In this document: positions 52,161-64,000 of the stretch, one piece after another
How the letters are laid out: each line of letters opens with the position of its first letter
Position numbering within the stretch: position 1 is the first letter of the stretch
Source: the human T2T-CHM13v2.0 reference genome, Homo sapiens
Length of the DNA stretch: 64,000 bases
Direction: 5' to 3' (one strand)
Assembly (NCBI RefSeq): GCF_009914755.1
Contig: NC_060925.1
The notes under the pieces: model-generated
Told to the model about the DNA's origin: nothing
Seen by the model: only the letters and a program-made list of their open reading frames with translations
The model's database searches: none
Program-made: the position numbers and the translations under genes

Positions 52161-52484
52161 TTTTTTTTCAGAAAGAATAATTGATTTATTAAAGGCTTTA
52201 ATTACACAGAAGGCTACAGCTCTTTTAATGCAGGCTATGTTTGTTTATTTATTTGTTTATTTTTGGAATAATTTTTTTTTATTATACTTTAAGTTCTAGG
52301 GTACATGTACACAACTTGCAGGTTTGTTACATATGTATACATGAGCCATGTTGGTGTGCTGCACCCATTAACTCATCATTTACGTTAGGTATATCTCCTA
52401 ATGCTATCCCTCCCCTCTCCCGCCACCCCACAACAGGCCCCGGTATGTGATGTCCCCCTTCCTGTGTCCAAGTGTTCTCATTGT

Positions 52485-56308
<3,824 letters not shown>

Positions 56309-56371
56309 TATGATGTTCGCTGGTTATTTTGCTCGTTAGTTGATGCAGTTTCTTCCTAGCCTCGATGGTCT

Positions 56372-57390
56372 TTACAATTTGGCATGTTTTTGCAGTGGCT
56401 GGTACCAGTTGTTCCTTTCCATGTTTAGTGCTTCCTTCAGGAGCTCTTTTAGGGCAGGCCTGGTGGTGACAAAATCTCTCAGCATTTGCTTGTCTGTGAA
56501 GGATTTTATTTCTCCTTCACTTATGAAGCTTAGTTTGGCTGGATATGAAATTCTGGGTTGAAAATTCTTTTCTTAAAGAATGTTGAATATTGGCCCCCAC
56601 TCTCTTCTGGCTTGTAGAGTTTCTGCCGAGAGATCAGCTTTTAGTCTGATGGGTTTCCCTTTGTGGGTAACCCGACCTTTCTCTCTGGCTGCCCTTAACA
56701 GTTTTTCCTTCATTTCAACTTTGGTGAATCTGACAATTATGTGTCTTGGAGTTGCTCTTCTCGAGGAGTATCTTTGTGGCATTCTCTGTATTTCCTGAAT
56801 TTGAATGTTGGCCTGCCTTGCTAGGTTGGGGAAGTTCTGCTGGATAATATCCTGCGGAGTGTTTTCCAACTTGGTTCCATTCTCCCCATCACTTTCAGGT
56901 ACACCAATCAGATGTAGATTTGGTCTTTTCACATAGTCCCATATTTCTTGGAGGCTTTGTTTGTTTCTTTTTATTCTTTTTTGCTCTAATCTTCTCTTCT
57001 TGCTTCATTTCATTGATTTGATCTTCCATCACTGATACCCTTTCTTCCAGTTGATCGAATCAGCTACTGAAGCTTGTGCATTCATCACGGAGTTCTTGTG
57101 CCATGGTTTTCAGCTGCATCAGGTCCTTTAAGGACTTCTCTGCATTGGCTATTCTAGTTAGCCATTCGTCTAATCTTTTTTCAAGGTTTTTAACTTCTTT
57201 GCGTTGGGTTCCAACTTCCTCCTTTAGCTCTGAGAAGTTTGATCATCTGAAGCCTTCTTCTCTCAACTCTTCAAAGTCATTCTCCTTCCAGCTTTGTCCC
57301 ATTGCTGGTGAGGAGCTGTGTTCCTTTGGAGGAGGAGAGGCGCTCTGATTTTTGGAATTTTCATTTTTTTCTGCTCTGTTTTTCCCCCAT
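56372..57390 (-). pseudogene. L1 ORF1 (disrupted)
   Basis: ATGGGGGAAAAACAGAGC start at 57390, TAA at 56374-56372. Fragment KRPNLHLIGVPE...REWGPIFNIL; frameshifts and stops. Confidence 0.9.
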
Positions 57391-58288
57391 CTTTGTGGTT
57401 TTATCTACCTTTGGTCTTTGATGATGGTAATGTACAGTTGGGGTTTTGGTGTGGATGTCCTTTCTGTGTGTTAGTTTTCCTTCTAACAGTCAGGATCCTC
57501 AGCTGCGGGTCTGTTGGAGTTTGCTGGTGGTCCACTCCAGACCCTGTTTGCCTGGGTGTCAGCAGCGGAGGCTGCAGAACAACGAATATTGGTGAACAGC
57601 AAATGTCACTGCCTGATCATTCCTCTGGAATTTTAGTCTCAGAGGGGTACCCGGCCCTGTGAGGTGTCAGTCTGCCCCTATTTGGGGATGCCTCCCACTT
57701 AAGCTACTCGGGGGTTAGGGATCCACTTGAGGTGGCAGTCTGTCTGTTCTCAGATCTCAGGCTCCGTGCTGGGAAAACCACTACTCTCTTCCAAGCTCAG
57801 CTGGAAATGCAGAAATCACCCGTCTTCTGCGTCGCTCACGCTGGGAGCTGTAGACCCGAGCTGTTCCTATTCGGCCATCTTGGAACCGCCCCCCTCAACG
57901 AGGAAACATTTCTAAAAGTGCTTAGCAAGTGTTATGCAGTGCAAGTGTTTGTTAAATAAAACCATTAAAAGTGAACTCAGTGTGCTAAGGAAACACCAAA
58001 GAGAGGTACCTAACCCAGGCTTCCAAGGCTTAGGGGACCAACAGGGAAGCTTCCTGGAGTTTGTGAAGTTTTAACCTGATGGAGGCTGCTGAGGACAGAA
58101 GGGTGAGTTCTCCAGGGGGCATTTGTGACATGTTATTAGAAAAGGTGTGGGGGTAAGTGGATGGGGGCTTTGGCTCCTCTGAAATGTGTCCCCAACTCTC
58201 CCTCCAGACACAGCAGGGGCAGGCTGGGCCAGGTCAGCCATATAGTTGGTTCTTGGAGGAGGAAATGTCAACAAAAATGTACAACTTA

Positions 58289-58405
58289 CAGGCTTGAGCC
58301 ACCACATCACTTGAACCCAGGAGGAGGAGGTTGCAGTGAGCCAAGATCGCGCCACTGCATTCCAGCCTGGGCAACAGAGTGAGACGGCATCTCAAAAAAA
58401 AAAAA
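58289..58405 (+). mobile_element. 5'-truncated Alu with 5' inversion
   Basis: Sense right-arm piece 58306-58393 plus A12, preceded by 17 nt of antisense Alu 5' sequence. TSD GTACAACTTA on both sides. Confidence 0.85.
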
Positions 58406-60519
58406 GTACAACTTAATTAAGCCCGGTGTGAAGTCTTTTTACTGCTTGGAAGTAGGGTGGCCCTGTCTCCTGTTAAATGTACAAGTCAGTTCTGCAAGAC
58501 GTGAATCCAAATCCAACTCCCTGCCGTTATCAGGTGCATATCTGAGTCGCCCCTACTTATGAGTCTCTGTACATCCAAGGGATTAAAATAAAATAAGCTA
58601 AGACAGATTAAAAATTCAACATTTCTTTAACCTCATCCCAACACTACTTCCATCACCAAAATTGTTTTTAATAATTTCACAGGTCTTCTGTAGTCATCCA
58701 GCCATTTCTAGATAAACTGCAGTTTAAAAAATTGTCCACTTCCCAAGGACCCACCCTGAGGTCATGGATAATTAAAGGCAACCTGATTTCTACAAACTGC
58801 AACTAGAGCCATCTTTGATGTGGGTCTTGCAAGCAAGTGCTAATGAACTCCTTTGCTGACAGGTGGAGGGAGGGCTGCAGATAGGAGTCAAAGGCACTGT
58901 CTGCAAAATATGGGGAGCAGAAGGGGCACCTGCTTTTTAAAAGGCTTCTCTCTGAGGTCTGCAATCAGAAACCAAAACTGGGGACTTACGTATGACCAAG
59001 GCACTCCCCAATCTCTTGGTCCAATCACAAGGCCATTGTTGCCTCTCTCTTCCCAAGTGCTTTGAGGAATATTGATCTCATATTTAGATCTCTCATTATT
59101 TCAGTTTCTTAGTTTGGAATATGTTTCTTTATTGTGCCATGAGTGACAATGGGGAGTAGGTTAATAAGGACAGTGGCCCCCACTGGGCCTCCACCCATTA
59201 TTTATGAGGAGTTGACATACTGAGAAAGGCCCCCAGCCTGGCTTATGTTCTCTAGAGATATCACAGATGCTACAGGCCTTAACCAGGCCCATGTGCAGTG
59301 AACAGAAAAATTTGTTTCTCACTGTGAGTCATTATCAGTGAACACTCGCCTACATCGATACATTGGAACTGCCAAAGAGCTGCCCATTAAGTGGCTTAGA
59401 TCGGGAGGTAACCACACTTCTAGAGTAAGATGAGGCTGGAGGGGCAGGAATGGAGAAGAGAAGTATTTGTGGGAATCAAATTTGCCAACCCACTGGAATC
59501 CACAAACACGCTGCTGGAATTGCTATCTCTTTGCCATCCATACTAGAGAAGAGCAGACGATGTACCAGTGAGTGATGTGGAATTGCATTAAAGTAATGAT
59601 GCATAAGTGTTTGGGCCTAGCAGCCCTTCTCCCCTGAAAAATAAGCTTCTCAAAGGCCAGGGGTGTGTCTTATCTATTCCAAAGCCAGCCTCCACCTGAC
59701 ACCCTGCCCTACCTGTGTTCTCACTAAAGTGGATTCAGGACTGGGGAGAATCTTCTGTGATGGAAGGTGGGGGGTGGGCAGAGAGGATCCCAGCTTCACT
59801 GAAGGCTGCTGCGGAAAGGTGAGAGGTGGTCAAGATTGCAGTGGCTGGGAGTAATGTTGTCACTTCTGTTTAGTGAGCGCTTACTGAGAAGAAAGCACTG
59901 TGTTAAGCACAGACCCCTGGGAATGCAGTTCTTCCTTTCCAGAATCCAGCCATGTGGGTTGTTTCTCCTCAGAGAGGAAAGGGGGAAAGCAATGGCCAAA
60001 TGCCCTGCTGCAGGCCACAGGAGAGCTGTGGATGCCTACACATTAATTTTGTTCCAAAACACATACAATAGTATGTTTTAATTTAACCTTCATAGAAACT
60101 CTAAGGGGTAGGATCTATTCTTTCCAATTTACATGAGGAAACTGAAACTGAGAGAAGTCAAGAGATTTGATCAACAGATTGTGAATGGTAGAGCTTGGAT
60201 CCAAACCCAGATTTGCCTGTCTCCAAAGCTGGTGCACTCAAGTTTCTCCCACTAAATATTCACTTAAGGGAGGCCTAAACACAAATAAAGTATCAGGTCA
60301 CTGGCAAGACACATTTACAGGTGCACTGAAAAGTCAGACTTTGGGGCACGTGCCATTCCCTTTTCTGGTCAAAGAAGCTGATCATTATTCAAGTGTGTGA
60401 GAGCCAGGCTATTATATCTGTTCTATTCAAAAAGTAAATCACTCCCCAAATTGGATGCTTTAAGTATTATTAGTAACCAATTATTTGCAACACCACTCAC
60501 CACTACTTGTGACATATGC

Positions 60520-60690
60520 TCCAATGGTTCTCCAAGAAAGTGGTAGATAAGAAGTGGTTTCCTGGACCCCCACCTCACCAGTTCTGATCTAGTTGGTCTG
60601 AAATTGACCTTAGAAACCTGAGTTCTAAACAGTTTCCCAGAGGATTCTGAAGCCAACTGGTCCATAGGTCCTGCTCTGAGGAACCCTGCC
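60520..60690 (-). mobile_element. MER5-like fragment
   Basis: CCTGGACCCCACC...TCTAAACAGTTTCCCAGAGGATTCTGA...TGAGGAACCCTG. Confidence 0.45.
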
Positions 60691-62496
60691 TAGAGTATGC
60701 TATGTCTTCTCCATGAGGTTGTGGGGTAGGGAGGAAGGCCTCTAAGACTTGAGTCAGTAGTCCTGGGTTCTGATCTCAGCCTGGATGCTACCGAGCTGTG
60801 TGGCTTTTATACTGGTCTCCCTGGGCTTCAGTGTCCTCCCATATCACTGGACTGGATCATCTCTGAGGCTCCCTGCAGCTCTAAGAGTGGTTGCTTTTTG
60901 AGGCAGGGCCCCGGTCCTGCCCATCAGGAGTGGAGCTGTGTCCCTTCTTGAAGGCAGAGAGGAGAGGAGGGAACTGGAGGAGAGGTGAGGAGGGAGTAGG
61001 GTTAATAGACAGAAGGGGTCCTGCCAGCCAGTAAGTGAGGCCCCATGGACAGGCTGCACGCAAGATGCTCCACAGCAGGCCAGTCCTCTGGACCTGGATT
61101 CCTGGAAACTCATTGCAGCCCAGCCCCAGGAAGAGCTGACTCGCTGGGCTCTATCCCTCCTGCAGATAGATTTCAGGTGAAAAGATTCTAGACTACAACA
61201 GGTGCTGGGAAGAAATTCTAGTGGTGGTGGGGGAAGCACTCAGGGGGGAGTCAGAAACCCTGGATTCTCCTTGCCCTGGTGCTGTGTGTGCCATGCCCTT
61301 CCTGAGTTTTTCTACTTTTGGGTTTCAGGGCCACACCATAAAAGGTGGCTCCAGGATAGACCCATACCCAAAGCCTCATCAAATCATAGTCTTGTGGGTC
61401 CACGATTTGATGATTCCAAGACACCATTGCCACCCTGCACTACCCTATGTCTTATAGAGCCTTTCATAGTTGCCAACCTGTTGAAGACAGTCCCACATTG
61501 CTCTACATGTCAAAGGTGAATGAAGAGTGATGGAGGGAGGAAGCTGTCACAAACCTCAATTCTATACAAATAAAACGTCTCAGCTCACAACTGCCACTTG
61601 TACCTCTGCACATGCTCAAGATTAATGTGCTGTTACTACTCAACAGCCTGTTTCTAATACCGCAGCTGAAATCACTTTGCTCCTGGAGCAACATTAGGAG
61701 GGGGCAAAGCACAGCACCAGCTGTGCCTGTGAAAATGGTTTCATGTTGGAAGCAAGATCCTCTTCCTACTGCCACTCATCTGAGCTGCAAAGAAACCGAG
61801 GAGACAGAGACAGTGTGGGTGGAGAGAGAGCGGGAAGAGGACAAGAGCAGCCATTTCACTTTGGTTTGGCGTTCTCGCCTTTCTCAGCCTCCCTAGCCAG
61901 CTGTGGAGGGGTTGGAGGAGACAGTGGGAGCTGTTCTGTGAGAGCTGCCCACATCTGCCCCAGCCTCGTCTGTCAGCCTTGCAGCCCTGGGAGCAAGAGC
62001 CATGACGAAGCAGAGGATCATGCCTGTCCATTCAGCATGGACTCACCAAGTCCTCATAGGGAGGAAAAAGGCCCATGATAAGTGTAAGGGATACTAAAAT
62101 AAATAAGATCCCCATCCCTACCCATTGCCGGCCTTGAACCATGTCTTAGTCCAATTCCTGCCACTAGGAGCAGCTGCATGGTCCACCTGGAGGAAGCCGA
62201 GCCGGGTGGAATCCTCCTTGGATGAAGAGGAGCAGTGCAGGCCAGCGGGCAAGGTGATGGAAAGGCTCTAATTCTATGATGTTGGAGATATCTCTCTCTG
62301 CTCCCCCAATTTTTCTGGTTCAGATCCTTAGAAACCCTCACCTAAATGTCTCAGTGGCCTTCCACAGCAGTGAAATCATGTTTTAACACAAGATAAAAGT
62401 CGATGGGTCAGTGTCTCAGGGTCTTGCATTCACTCCAAGACCTATTTTTATTCTGTTTAATCAGTCTTATGAGGCAGCCTTGTTAACACACTATTA

Positions 62497-64000
62497 TTGT
62501 TTTTTTTAATTTTTGTGGATACACAGTAGGTATATATATTTATGGGACACATGAGACATTTTGGTACAGGCATGCAATGTATCATAATCACATCATGGAA
62601 AATTGGGTATCCATCCCCCCAAGCATTTATTCTAGGTGTTATAAACAATCCAATTATATCCTTTTAGTTATTTTCAATTAAATTATTATTGACTATTGTC
62701 ACCCTGTTGTGCTATCAAATATTAGGTCTTATTCATTCTTTTTAACATTTTTTAACCCATTAACCATCATCACCTCCCCACCAGCCCCCACTACCCTTCC
62801 CAGCCTCTGAGAACCATCCGTCTACTCTCTAGCTCCATGAGTTCAATTGTTTTGATTTTTAGATCCCACAAATAAGTGAGAAAATGCGATGTTTTCTTTC
62901 TGTGCCTGGATTATTTCACTTAACATAATGACCTCCAGTTCCATCCATGTTGTTGCAAATGACAGGATCCCTTTTTTTTTATGGCTGACTAGTACTCCAT
63001 TGTGTATAAGTATCACATTTTCTTCATTCATCTGTCGATGGACACTTAGGTTCCTTCTAAGTCTTGGCTATTGTGAACAATGCTGCAACAAACATAGGGG
63101 TGCAGATATCTCCTCAATATACTGATTTGCTTTCTTATAGGTATATATCCAGGAGTGGGACTGCTGGATCATATAGTAGCTCAATTTTCATTTTTCTGAA
63201 TAACCTCCAAACTGTTCTCCATGGTGGTTGTACTAACTTACATTTCCACCAACCATGTACGAAGGTTTCCTTTTCTCCGCATCCTTGCCAGCATTTGTAA
63301 TTGCCTGATTTTTGGTTAAAAGTCAAGTAAACTGAGTGAGATGATATTCATTGTAGTTTTGATTTGCATTTCTCTGATGATCAGCGATGTTGAGCACCTT
63401 TTCATATGCCTGTTTGCCATACGTATGTCTTCTTTTGAGAAATGTCTATTCCAGTCTTTTGCCCATTTTTTAATTGGATAATTAGAAGTTTTTCCTACAG
63501 AGTTGTTTCAGCTCCATATATATTCTGGTTATTAATCCCTTATTAGATGGTGTATTAGCCCATTTTCACCCTGCTATAAAGGACTTCCCTGAGACTGGGT
63601 AATTTATAAAGGAAAGAGGCTTAATTGACTCACAGTTCCAGATGGCTGAGGAGGCTGCAGGAAACTTACAATCATGGTAGAAGGGGAAGCAGGCACATCT
63701 TACATGGTGGCAGGTGAGAAACAGCAAGCAAGAGCAGGGAAAACCACCTTATAAAACCATCAGATCTCGTAAGAACTCACTCACTATCACGAGAACAGCA
63801 CGGGGGAACCCCTGCCCCATGATCAAATCACCTCCCTCCCTCAACACATGGGAATTACAATTCAAGATGAGATGTGGGTGGGGACACAGAGCTAAATCAT
63901 ATCAGATGGGTAGTTTGCAGATATTTTCTCTCATTCTGTGGGTTGTTCTCTCTTCATTTTGTTGAGTGCTTCCTTTGCTGTGCAGAAGCTTTTTAACTTG
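62497..64000 (-). mobile_element. LINE-1 3' end (L1MA1/2-like), runs off the window, interrupted by an MST LTR
   Basis: ORF2 C-terminal remnants ([20 protein letters not shown]) and an L1MA-type 3'UTR. Confidence 0.85.
63551..63904 (-). mobile_element. MaLR solo LTR (MSTA-like) nested in L1MA
   Basis: TG...CA termini, 5-bp TSD GATGG (63546-63550 / 63905-63909), MST diagnostic AAACTTACAATCATGG. Confidence 0.9.

Overview
Primate (most likely human) genomic DNA containing the 5' half of SYT6 (synaptotagmin-6) on the minus strand; I recall this gene as human chr1p13.2. Three coding exons are present: 23412-23250, 9603-9255 and 7693-7135. Together they give 1071 nt (codons 1-357: luminal Cys motif, TM helix, linker, complete C2A), with canonical GT-AG junctions and matching phases. 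The C2B exons lie beyond position 1. The 5' end sits in a CpG island (~21.8-24.3 kb) with a probable second, non-coding first exon, a near-perfect REST/RE1 site overlapping a CTCF-like motif, and tandem RFX X-boxes. About 39 kb upstream is intergenic and repeat-rich (L1, L2, MIR, Alu, MaLR LTRs, hAT fossils); a full-length Tigger1 lies in intron 1. I found no support for a wholly new gene system, and almost all short ORFs in the track are noise or TE remnants. The most unusual items are: (1) a near-full-length L1PA whose 5'UTR lacks exactly the known L1 5'UTR intron (a spliced retrocopy) and which also carries a ~70-nt 3' transduction inside its TSDs; (2) a tiny twin-primed (5'-inverted) Alu; (3) a post-insertion templated duplication and fold-back inside the Tigger1; (4) a 58-nt hairpin built from a 9-mer; (5) the SYT6 regulatory architecture. 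Repeat subfamily calls come from memory of consensus sequences and are approximate.
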